A model generated the notes under the pieces. The model did not search any database and was not told the origin of the DNA. It worked only from the letters and a program-made list of their open reading frames with translations. A stretch of DNA of 64,000 nucleotides. It comes from a virus (lineage: Duplodnaviria > Caudoviricetes). A program made the translations under genes and the position numbers. Position 1 is the first letter of the stretch, and the number at the start of each line of letters is the position of its first letter. The stretch covers positions 1 to 64,000 of the IMG/VR virus record IMGVR_UViG_2706795740_000001; one strand, given 5' to 3'. Shown here piece after piece: positions 7,257 through 15,516 of the stretch.

Positions 7257-7338
7257 TGACCGTAGGTGGACTTGAACCACCGATACTTTCACCCATTCTA
7301 TTCGTGAGCAGGAATCGAACCTCGCTCACCGCACCATC
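7257..7338 (-). pseudogene. tRNA-like element with two T-arms and no anticodon arm
   Basis: GGTGG-TTCAAGT-CCACC and AGG-TTCGATT-CCT; imperfect GATGGTG/TACGGTC acceptor-like stem. Confidence 0.5.
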
Positions 7339-7355
7339 ACGTGCTGAAATCCTCA

Positions 7356-7432
7356 TGGTCAGAGTGGCAGGGCTTGAACCTGCGACCTCCGCATCCCAAA
7401 TGCGGTGTTCTCCCGAACTGAACTACACCCTG
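7356..7432 (-). tRNA. tRNA-Pro (TGG)
   Basis: CCGCA-TTTGGGA-TGCGG, encoded CCA. Confidence 0.92.
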
Positions 7433-7433
7433 T

Positions 7434-7507
7434 TGGTGGGTCTTGTGGGAATCGAACCCACACCTAGCGGTCATGAGCCGCCTGCTCGGCCTTCGAGCTA
7501 AAGACCC
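7434..7507 (-). tRNA. tRNA with CAT anticodon, probably Ile2 (lysidine type)
   Basis: GGGTCTTTAGCTC...GCGG-CTCATGA-CCGC...CCA; body resembles Bacillus tRNA-Ile2. Confidence 0.85.
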
Positions 7508-7545
7508 GAATACAATGCTGACTGCATGTCAGCTATGTTTTGATA

Positions 7546-7618
7546 AGCATCTGGTGGGACTTGAACCCACGTAATACGGTTTTGCAGACCGTACCCTAGA
7601 CCGACTAGGGACAGACAC
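7546..7618 (-). tRNA. tRNA-Cys (GCA)
   Basis: ACGGT-CTGCAAA-ACCGT, U73 discriminator, CCA not encoded. Confidence 0.88.
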
Positions 7619-7619
7619 A

Positions 7620-7705
7620 TGGCAAGGGTGGGAGGAATCGAACCTCATGAGAACGGCTTTGGAGACCGTCGGCAAGCCATTTGCCCTCCAAACTCTCTCA
7701 CCCCT
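7620..7705 (-). tRNA. tRNA-Trp (CCA) with ~11-nt insertion before the D-arm
   Basis: ACGGT-CTCCAAA-GCCGT, G73, CCA; AGAGAGTTTGGAG lies between acceptor stem and D-arm. Confidence 0.75.
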
Positions 7706-7749
7706 AAAGGTGCTCCCAAGCCCGTGAGCGATGGGAGCTAGTTGGTGAA

Positions 7750-8364
7750 TTACTTACCTTGCGCGGCGTTGACAGTTACTTTAGACTGTCCTGCGGCAGT
7801 AACAGCATTCGTAGCAATCTCAGAAACACGAGCGTTAGCGGAGGCAAGTTCAGCCTTCAATGTTTCAATGGTTTGCTCTTGACTAGAGACTACGGCTTTG
7901 ACTGAAGTCAGGGCATGCTCAAGAACTTTCTTTTCAGCGGTATTCTCAGCATGAATCAAACGAACCTCAGCATCGAAGTCTTTCTTAGCGTCAGCCTTAC
8001 CTTTAGCGAATCCAGTAGATTCAGCCTTCGCCACCAAGTCAGGGATAGAAGATACCTTAGCTTGCAGTTCTTCCAGAGTTTCCTCAGCACGTTCGACAGC
8101 ACCCTCGCGCTCAAATACTTTTGCTTCACGGTCAGTGATTGCCGTCAATCTCGTTTTAATATTGATTTCAAGTGCGTCCTCACGGTCGCGCTTTTCTTTG
8201 TTGTGAACATACAAGTCTTCTTCCTTAATTCGAGCCAGTTCCTTCTTCCAAGCCGCCGCCTGCTCGGCCTTCTCAGCCTCAAACTCCGCACGCGCTTCCT
8301 CGATTACTGCCGCATAAGCGCTTAATAAAGTTGCTTTAGTGTCTGCATTTACTTTCTTTGCCAT
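7750..8364 (-). CDS. coiled-coil protein of unknown function inside the tRNA operon
   Basis: 204 aa, E/K/A-rich heptads; SD GGGGGA. Confidence 0.8.
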   Translation of the reverse strand: MAKKVNADTKATLLSAYAAVIEEARAEFEAEKAEQAAAWKKELARIKEEDLYVHNKEKRDREDALEINIKTRLTAITDREAKVFEREGAVERAEETLEELQAKVSSIPDLVAKAESTGFAKGKADAKKDFDAEVRLIHAENTAEKKVLEHALTSVKAVVSSQEQTIETLKAELASANARVSEIATNAVTAAGQSKVTVNAAQGK

Positions 8365-8396
8365 TGATTGAATCCCCCTAATGTTTTGATGTTGAG

Positions 8397-8478
8397 TGGG
8401 TGAGGTAGGAGTTGAACCTACGAAGCCATCAGGCGACAGATTTACACTCTGTCAGCTTAACCTCTTACATACTCATCC
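8397..8478 (-). tRNA. tRNA-Tyr (GTA), somewhat degenerate
   Basis: ACAGA-GTGTAAA-TCTGT, long V-arm; G32, acceptor mismatch, no CCA. Confidence 0.7.
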
Positions 8479-8485
8479 ATGTTAT

Positions 8486-8575
8486 TGGGGTGTACGACAG
8501 GACTTGAACCTGCACGGGGCTTGCGCCCCACAAGAACCACAATCTTGCGTGTCTACCATTTCCACCACGTACACC
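8486..8575 (-). tRNA. tRNA-His (GTG) with long variable arm
   Basis: G-1:C73, CAAGA-TTGTGGT-TCTTG, V-arm GGGGC-GCAA-GCCCC, encoded CCA. Confidence 0.85.
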
Positions 8576-8809
8576 ATGATAGGGAGGGGAGTTTTTAATG
8601 TGGTTATCTCCACCCACAGACCTACAATTACAGCTAGGTTTGAATATCAATTGACAACTTGTTTTGGATTTATACATGCCGTCTAGTAACTTTCTTTCGT
8701 TTAACTCTCTCACTATCTATGGTCGATGTATGGTGTAAAAAAGGTGCGGGTACGTACAAAAAGTTCAGTAAAGTGCCGACTTACCTATATTGATAAGGAG
8801 GTGAGTACG

Positions 8810-9031
8810 TTGAAATGCTCATGCGGAAGATTTGTTACTCAGCAAGCAAAGGCACTTGCAACGATCTATGAGGCACAGGGTGACAAGTGTATTCACTGTC
8901 TCTCAGAATCTCTTAGCGTTCCCTATCAGGAACTATTAGATAGATACATGGGAATCTACGATTGCCGTACCTGTGCCCAAGATAAGAAGAAAGAGGAATT
9001 AAGAAGGAGACTATTAGGCTTAGGGGGATAA
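8810..9031 (+). CDS. small Cys-rich (probable Zn-binding) protein
   Basis: SD AAGGAGGTG then TTG; CxC, CxxC, CxxC. Confidence 0.7.
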   Translation: MKCSCGRFVTQQAKALATIYEAQGDKCIHCLSESLSVPYQELLDRYMGIYDCRTCAQDKKKEELRRRLLGLGG

Positions 9032-9033
9032 CA

Positions 9034-9798
9034 ATGAAGTACATTCAATCAGAATTTAATGACCACTCGGCAACACACCTGAACGTCCTGTTGCTGAATG
9101 ACCTTCACATTGGCTCAGAGTACGCCGACCTAAACTTATTGGATAGGTGCATTAACTTTGCTCAAAAGAATGAAGCGAACACTCGCATTCTTCTGAATGG
9201 TGACTATATTGAAGGCGTCACAAAACTAAGTAAGGGTGAAATTTATACGCAACGACTATCTCCAAAAGAGCAAATTGACGTGGTTGTCGATAAACTCATG
9301 CCCGTGCGCCACCTCATTGACGGCGTGACTATAGGAAACCACGATTGGCGGATTGAAAATGAGACAAGCATCGACCCTGTTGAAATGATTTGTCGTTACT
9401 TGGGCATCCGTGACAAGTACCTTGGTTCACGTGGAATTGTCGGGTTCTCTTGGAACAAATGCTTTTACAGTGTGGACATGCACCACGGAACGGGTGGCGG
9501 TTCAACTGTGGCCGCCGTTGAGAACGCAATGAAGCGTTTGTGGAAGTCGGATACGCACGTCATGTACTGCGGTCACTGGCACAAGGAGTTCAGCAAGCCG
9601 ATTAAGAGATTTGCAGTTGACCATGCCAACGGTACGGTTCGGGAAGAGAAACGCTGGTTGGTGTGCGGAAACACAATCCTGAATACGGCAGAGTACGCAA
9701 AACGGGGCGGGTTTGAAGAGTCGTTCCCAAGTCAAGCCTACCTCACTTTATCCGGCAAGAGAAACCACAAGGAAATTGATGTAAGGTGGCTTCGCTAA
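9034..9798 (+). CDS. calcineurin-like metallophosphoesterase
   Basis: DLHIG, GDYIE, GNHD, HG, GHWH motifs. Confidence 0.9.
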   Translation: MKYIQSEFNDHSATHLNVLLLNDLHIGSEYADLNLLDRCINFAQKNEANTRILLNGDYIEGVTKLSKGEIYTQRLSPKEQIDVVVDKLMPVRHLIDGVTIGNHDWRIENETSIDPVEMICRYLGIRDKYLGSRGIVGFSWNKCFYSVDMHHGTGGGSTVAAVENAMKRLWKSDTHVMYCGHWHKEFSKPIKRFAVDHANGTVREEKRWLVCGNTILNTAEYAKRGGFEESFPSQAYLTLSGKRNHKEIDVRWLR

Positions 9799-10052
9799 TG
9801 AGCGAATTCGTGAAATGTATTAAATGTGGATTCCGGTATGTTACAGACAAAGCAAGGGAGAACTTTGAAGCAGAGGGACTGAAAGGAGAACCTTTGCTTT
9901 GTCTGCACTGTATCGGAGCATTGACAGGTAAGGTAATGAACTCTTTTGGATATTTGGTTTATCCTGAGGAATTGGAATCGTCCAATCAACATATGCAAGC
10001 TATTCCAAAAACAATTGTCGGCTGTAGGCCGTGTATGAAGAAAAGAGGGTAG
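9798..10052 (+). CDS. small Cys-rich (probable Zn-binding) protein
   Basis: three CxxC motifs; translationally coupled to the upstream gene. Confidence 0.65.
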   Translation: MSEFVKCIKCGFRYVTDKARENFEAEGLKGEPLLCLHCIGALTGKVMNSFGYLVYPEELESSNQHMQAIPKTIVGCRPCMKKRG

Positions 10053-10055
10053 AAG

Positions 10056-10208
10056 ATGAAAACGGAACGCATTTATTTACGGACAACCCCTGAGAACAAG
10101 GAGTATCTTCAGGAGGTCGCAGATAGGTACTTTGACGGAAACATGTCTGCCGTATTCGACTTCATGGTCGAACGACTTGCAATATACATTGAGGAGGGCG
10201 GGGAATAA
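10056..10208 (+). CDS. 50-aa ribbon-helix-helix-like protein
   Basis: MKTERIYLRTTPENKEYLQEVADRYFDGNMSAVFDFMV; fills the operon gap; not in track. Confidence 0.65.
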   Translation: MKTERIYLRTTPENKEYLQEVADRYFDGNMSAVFDFMVERLAIYIEEGGE

Positions 10209-10810
10209 TGGCGGATTTACCAATCAGAAAGAAGGGGAGTCCTAGCAAGATTGAAAAGTACGGGCTAATGGAGCATGCCATTAGTCTGTTAAAGGTAATA
10301 CCCAAAATGACGTATGCGGCTATTGCAGAGGAACTGAACACTATTGGCAATGTTCCGCCAGAAGGGTTAATTACAGACGAGAATGTTTCCCAATTTGCAC
10401 GTTCCTATCCAGAAGTGAGGAGGGAAATTCTGCTTGCTAACAAGCAACACATGCGGAAATTGGTGCTTGAGGGTGCGGAATTCGACATGTTGGGGCAACT
10501 CAAAGAGATGGCGGCAAGGACTTCTTTTATGTTGGAAGCGATGGAGGAGATGGCACTTGAGAATGGCACTCTCCCAAAGGCGGCTGATTACAAGGCCCTT
10601 TCCTCCGAGTTGCGGGAGACCTTGAAACAGATTGAAGGGATTCATAAGGAAATCTATGACATGGAAGTTGTTCGTGAGTTCTTAATTGAGGTTGTCAATA
10701 CGCTTAAGGATGTTGCTCCTGAAGCGTTGCCGTCCTTTATCTCTAAAATGAAAGGAAAACGAGAGAATAGTCATATCGTTAACGAACTTTTGTCAGGGGG
10801 ATTGAAATAA
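10208..10810 (+). CDS. probable terminase small subunit
   Basis: N-terminal HTH (MTYAAIAEEL), helical body, upstream of terL. Confidence 0.55.
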   Translation: MADLPIRKKGSPSKIEKYGLMEHAISLLKVIPKMTYAAIAEELNTIGNVPPEGLITDENVSQFARSYPEVRREILLANKQHMRKLVLEGAEFDMLGQLKEMAARTSFMLEAMEEMALENGTLPKAADYKALSSELRETLKQIEGIHKEIYDMEVVREFLIEVVNTLKDVAPEALPSFISKMKGKRENSHIVNELLSGGLK

Positions 10811-11577
10811 TGGAAAACGCCGGGCGCTTGATAGCTTATGTGGGGGCAATGGGTTCAGGAAAGACAAAGAAGCTTATTGAGTTATATGAGGAAATGAAGG
10901 CAGATGGAATGAGAGTAGCTATCTTTAAGCCGTTCATTTCTCGTGGGGGAGAAGATGACGAGTTTGTCTATGCACGTAACGGCAAGAAAGCACCTGCGAT
11001 TACGATAGAATGTCTCTATGAAATTCCTGCCATAGTTGATAAGGAACAACTTCAGTCTGTTCTGATTGACGAGATTCAATTCTTTGAGGCGGAAGATTCT
11101 GAAAAGATGCTGGAAGTGACTGATGTACTAGAAGCGCTGGCAATGGCAGGCCTTGAGGTTTACGTGTACGGTCTGGATGTTGATTCGGATAATATGACAT
11201 TCGGAAACATTGGAAATATACTTGCTCACGCAGATGAAGTCCATAAACTACAGACGTACTGTGTTAAGTGTGGAGAAGAGGCACGGGTGAGTAAGTACAT
11301 GAAAGGCATGAAGGACAGTGTGATACAGACCGGAGACCTTGGTGACTACCAGCCACATTGTCGTTCCTGCTATTACGATTGGGAAGATAGGCTAAAGGAA
11401 ATAGAAAACACCGCCACAATCAGCTTAGATGGAGGCAACTTTCATTTTTCTATACAGGTAAGTCGTGAAAAGCTAGATGAATTAGGACTAAATACAGGCT
11501 CTATTTCAGACAAGCTCCAAACAGTAGATGACGTACTTAAATTGTTAGCGATAATAAGCAAGGAGGAGTTGGAATAG
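10810..11577 (+). CDS. tdk: thymidine kinase with C-terminal extension
   Basis: GAMGSGKT, LIDEIQF, YGLD, CVKCG and CRSCY. Confidence 0.92.
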   Translation: MENAGRLIAYVGAMGSGKTKKLIELYEEMKADGMRVAIFKPFISRGGEDDEFVYARNGKKAPAITIECLYEIPAIVDKEQLQSVLIDEIQFFEAEDSEKMLEVTDVLEALAMAGLEVYVYGLDVDSDNMTFGNIGNILAHADEVHKLQTYCVKCGEEARVSKYMKGMKDSVIQTGDLGDYQPHCRSCYYDWEDRLKEIENTATISLDGGNFHFSIQVSREKLDELGLNTGSISDKLQTVDDVLKLLAIISKEELE

Positions 11578-11578
11578 T

Positions 11579-13249
11579 ATGCCTAATAGTTTACTCTCTT
11601 CCTTATGGGATGATGTAATCAGTATGGCAGAATCCGTAAACTCTTCTCAAGGTCTGTGGCGAGAAGAGCCTGTGGGGTTGGTTGAGTTCTTTGAAAAGTA
11701 CCTTGGCGAGAAGCCTTTCCCCGGAAAGCAGACAGAGCTTCTTGAATATGTAGAGAAGATTCTGGCTAAGGATACCCTGCCAGAGGATGACCCTCTCAAG
11801 ATGGTTACGGAGTTCGCCGCAATGTGGGGAAAAGGCAGTGGAAAGGACTTTATTATTTCTGGAATCGTTGCCTACATCCCATACCGTTTGAATTGTATGA
11901 ATGACCCGCAAGGGTATTTTGGGTTCGGACAAGGCGAGCCGATTGATATTATCAACCTAGCAAAGAATGCCAAACAGGCCGAGAACGTGTTCTTCACAAA
12001 ACTCAAGGCACGTCTCAACTCCTGCACGTGGTTTAAGAAGGTGGATAGAAAGCCAATGGCTTACAATGAGTATCAGGAGAAGAAGGACACAATTGTATTC
12101 TACAATGAAATCCGCGCATTCTCTGGTCACTCCGAAGCAGGTAGCTTTGAGGGGTTCAATCCACTTGTCGGAATATTCGATGAGGTGGGCGATTTCGAGT
12201 GGAATTTGGCAGAGTTTGCATATGACACCATTCGTTCATCAGCTATGTCTCGTTACGGCAAACGAGCACTGCTTCTATTCATTTCCTTCCCCCGTTCCGC
12301 CGAAGATTTCATGATGTATAAATATCAACAAGGCCAAGATAGCGAATTCCCTGAAGTAATGTCCTCTATTGGTGCATCATGGGAAATTAACCCGAACATT
12401 AAGCGGGAAGACCTTGAGATGGACTTTCAAAAGGACGAAGAAGGCGCGAAGATGCGCTATCAGTGCATACCGCCCGCACAGCGTGGGGGATTTTTTCAAT
12501 ATCCTGAAAGAATTGATGATTGCGTTAAGAAGGGGAAAGTTAACTGCGCTGTCCTTGAGGAAATCACTATTACAAGCACACTCGCGGACGGCCAAGAGCG
12601 GCACTTTGTAGGGTACGATGTAGAGCTGTTCAGGGAGACATTGGAATTGGATGCAAGTAAGACGTTCTACCTTGGTCTTGACGGCGGTATCACAAGTGAC
12701 TCCTATACACTAAGCCTAACCTACGGCGAGACTTTCTATGAACAGGTAGTGCAGAATGGAGAAGCTGTCGAAAAGGCTAGGAACAAACCTGTAGAGGTTC
12801 TGTTGATAGAATGGAAACCAGACAAGAAACATAAAATGCCTGTTTCTGTTCAAAACGTAATCGACATTGTAGAGATAATCTGCGAGACAGTTTACGTGAA
12901 GCAGGCCCTTATGGATAAATTTAATTCGGGGGCGATGGTGCAAAAACTCATGGATTTGGGGGTAGAGGCCGAGGATAAGGTGTTCTCAAATCCATTTCAA
13001 CTGGTCATCTACACCAACTTCAAAAACCTCGCATACACTGGGCATCTTGAGCTTCTGGATGATGAGGTAGCCAATAGCGACATGAAACATATATTGCTTG
13101 TAAATGGAACTAAAATCGACCATGAAAAAGACCGCGGCAAGGATACAGCAGATGCTAGGACTGCTTCGATTTATCTGTGTTCCACAGCAGAACCAGACGA
13201 AGTCACGAACTGGTCAATGCCATCTATCCAAGGTGTTTCACGGAGATAG
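11579..13249 (+). CDS. terL: terminase large subunit
   Basis: Walker A WGKGSGKD, Walker B GIFDE, nuclease LGLDGG and KDTADA. Confidence 0.9.
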   Translation: MPNSLLSSLWDDVISMAESVNSSQGLWREEPVGLVEFFEKYLGEKPFPGKQTELLEYVEKILAKDTLPEDDPLKMVTEFAAMWGKGSGKDFIISGIVAYIPYRLNCMNDPQGYFGFGQGEPIDIINLAKNAKQAENVFFTKLKARLNSCTWFKKVDRKPMAYNEYQEKKDTIVFYNEIRAFSGHSEAGSFEGFNPLVGIFDEVGDFEWNLAEFAYDTIRSSAMSRYGKRALLLFISFPRSAEDFMMYKYQQGQDSEFPEVMSSIGASWEINPNIKREDLEMDFQKDEEGAKMRYQCIPPAQRGGFFQYPERIDDCVKKGKVNCAVLEEITITSTLADGQERHFVGYDVELFRETLELDASKTFYLGLDGGITSDSYTLSLTYGETFYEQVVQNGEAVEKARNKPVEVLLIEWKPDKKHKMPVSVQNVIDIVEIICETVYVKQALMDKFNSGAMVQKLMDLGVEAEDKVFSNPFQLVIYTNFKNLAYTGHLELLDDEVANSDMKHILLVNGTKIDHEKDRGKDTADARTASIYLCSTAEPDEVTNWSMPSIQGVSRR

Positions 13250-13322
13250 CCTACGGCAACTGTTCTACGTATAGAGGCGAATAATCATGGAAAGCACAAC
13301 ATGTAGTTGTTAAAGCTGATGA

Positions 13323-13468
13323 GTAAATTTTACACATCAAACCTGTTCCGTAAAATTTACCGATCAAGAACCGTAAAATTTACCGATCAGCTTTATTTCT
13401 GTTCCGTAAAATTTACCTACTATATATAGAAAGTAATAAAGACTATAGAGAAAGTATTATAGAGAAAG
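13323..13468. repeat. iteron-like repeat cluster downstream of terL
   Basis: CCGTAAAATTTACC at 13348, 13371, 13404; inverted core at 13323; TATAG(AG)AAAG x3. Confidence 0.8.
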
Positions 13469-13516
13469 AATGGGAGCTACCCTGCGGGTGCTCCCGTTTT
13501 TGTTTGTACCTTACTT

Positions 13517-13547
13517 TGTTAGGGTTTTACCTCTCCTACTTATAATG
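13517..13547 (+). promoter_or_regulatory. putative phage late promoter
   Basis: TGTTAG-N17-TTATAATG; motif recurs with identical spacing. Confidence 0.65.
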
Positions 13548-13641
13548 TACGTACGATGGAAGACCAACTGATTAGAGTATTAGAGGAGTAGTTTATAGAT
13601 TTTAGTAGACAATTTACCTATTTACTGTAAGGAGGGGTAAT

Positions 13642-13929
13642 ATGAAACTTCCACCACCACCTAAATATTGGGGTCTGTGGGATACCGACAATATTAATAT
13701 CAGGTTCTACAGTCAGAGGTGGGTGCAGTTCACTTGTGAGTACAAAGCTATCAATGGTGAGAGGGAAATTAAGAACGTATACCACACCATCTTTGACAGA
13801 ATTTTAGGAGTGTCTTTTGATGACAAGATTAAGGATTCCCTTGAGAAGTTTGTCAGTAAGCAGAAGAGAAAGAACAATGAAATCCTAAGTTTAAGGGAAA
13901 AGGAAATAAAGGTTCGTAACCTCCTGTAA
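13642..13929 (+). CDS. hypothetical protein (moron-like)
   Basis: SD AAGGAGGGG; lies between terL and portal. Confidence 0.7.
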   Translation: MKLPPPPKYWGLWDTDNINIRFYSQRWVQFTCEYKAINGEREIKNVYHTIFDRILGVSFDDKIKDSLEKFVSKQKRKNNEILSLREKEIKVRNLL

Positions 13930-13981
13930 GTTATTGCGGGAGGTTTTGTACTTATAATGCTTAGTAGTTAATGGAAGGTGG

Positions 13982-15433
13982 GTGAATGGGTTGGGATTTT
14001 TTAAGAATCTGTTTAGCCGTGTGACCTCATTTTTCGCCCCGCAATCAAAGTCGCAGGCCGACGAGCGACAGGTTGAGCAGTATGCCGAAAGGCTTCCTGT
14101 AGATACTTTTGGCGGGTCACGAAAGACTAAGACCATTGGAGAAGGTTCTGTAAGTCGTACAACAAAGTACAAGAATCTGACAGAGCAGTCCTTTGGGCAA
14201 TACAGTCCAAAGACGTTGCTGAATCTATTGAAGTACAACCACCCTGACGTGTCTCAGGCGATTTGGAACTTCAAGATTATTGGCAACAGTGGTTACAAGG
14301 CAAAAGTAACTTTACTTGATGGGACAACGGAGCACAAGTCCGGTCAAAAGCTGATTGCAGACTTCCTGTTGAAATTAGACTACTACAATAGCGATGGCTT
14401 TGAGAAGTCGCGTTCAATTGACCGACTGGTAGATATGCTGTTCGATTCGGCTCTCCTACGTGGGGCTGTTTCCTTGGAGATGGTCATGGACAGGGACTAC
14501 AAGGATGTACTCTACTTTGCTTCAGTAGACCCTGACACAATTGATTTCAAGGTAGAGAACAATCGTCTCGTACCTTATCAGAGCGCAGTTAAACTGGATA
14601 TCCCTACGTTCTTCTATGAGGGGATAGATGAGACAGAGACAGACCCTTATGGTACATCCCCGTTTATCTCCGTCATTCAGACCCTCGCGTTCCATATGCA
14701 GGTGCTAGAGGATATCAAAATGGTTGTTCATAATCAAGGTTATGGTAAGTATGATATCAAGATTATCGAAGAAGTTTTGCTAAAGCGTATGCCTATCAAC
14801 ATTAGGAACAACGAAGCTAAGAAACAACAGTGGTTGAATGACCAACTGGACAAGATTATTGAGATGTATTCGAAGTTAGACCCAGATGCGGCGTTTGTCC
14901 ATTTTGACAGCGTTGAAGTAGATATGGTAGAGACCGCAAAAGCCACCATCGACCCTCAAAAGCTGATGGCGGTAATTGACACCCAAATTTTAGGTGCTCT
15001 TAAGCAGTATTCTACGCTAATGGGTCGTAGGAGTCAGGGACAGACAGAGCAATATGCCAAGTTGGAAATCAAAATCTTCATGAAATCCGTTAAAAAAATT
15101 CGCGACGTGATCGAGCAAATGCTTTCCCGCGCGCTGACGAAGTACTTGAATATTCATGGGATGCAAGGGTATGTGTTCTTTAAATTTAACGATACTGAAA
15201 TTCGAACAGAATTGGAACAAGTCAACTTCGAGCAAATTGCAATTCAAAATGCAGAGAAGAAAGTCGCTAACGGCTGGCTTGACAATGACATGGCTTCTGA
15301 AGAAATTACGGGACATAAGGCAGTTGGAGAGCCGGACAGGGAGCGTTTAGGAATTAAGGCGAATGAGGCCAAAGGGGCGCAAGACGAGCGCACACCTAAC
15401 GATTCGTCAAGCTCAGATAGCACTGGCAACTAG
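13982..15433 (+). CDS. portal protein
   Basis: position and size; DPYGTSP motif. Confidence 0.8.
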   Translation: MNGLGFFKNLFSRVTSFFAPQSKSQADERQVEQYAERLPVDTFGGSRKTKTIGEGSVSRTTKYKNLTEQSFGQYSPKTLLNLLKYNHPDVSQAIWNFKIIGNSGYKAKVTLLDGTTEHKSGQKLIADFLLKLDYYNSDGFEKSRSIDRLVDMLFDSALLRGAVSLEMVMDRDYKDVLYFASVDPDTIDFKVENNRLVPYQSAVKLDIPTFFYEGIDETETDPYGTSPFISVIQTLAFHMQVLEDIKMVVHNQGYGKYDIKIIEEVLLKRMPINIRNNEAKKQQWLNDQLDKIIEMYSKLDPDAAFVHFDSVEVDMVETAKATIDPQKLMAVIDTQILGALKQYSTLMGRRSQGQTEQYAKLEIKIFMKSVKKIRDVIEQMLSRALTKYLNIHGMQGYVFFKFNDTEIRTELEQVNFEQIAIQNAEKKVANGWLDNDMASEEITGHKAVGEPDRERLGIKANEAKGAQDERTPNDSSSSDSTGN

Positions 15434-15447
15434 TTGTACAGAACGGT

Positions 15448-15478
15448 TGTTAGGCGTTCCTGACTTATCCTTATATTG
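15448..15478 (+). promoter_or_regulatory. putative phage late promoter
   Basis: TGTTAG-N17-TTATATTG. Confidence 0.65.
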
Positions 15479-15516
15479 TTATCTGAGAGATTATTTAATG
15501 TGTTAGGAGGTGCAAC

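Noticed and set aside
7238-7501. 87-aa plus-strand ORF (also 8396..8686 and 8465..8713)
   Set aside because: Translations of tRNA gene sequence (GLEP/GIEP are T-arm reverse complements)
13323-13420. Possible CRISPR mini-array
   Set aside because: Repeats of 14-24 bp with spacers far too short; no cas genes
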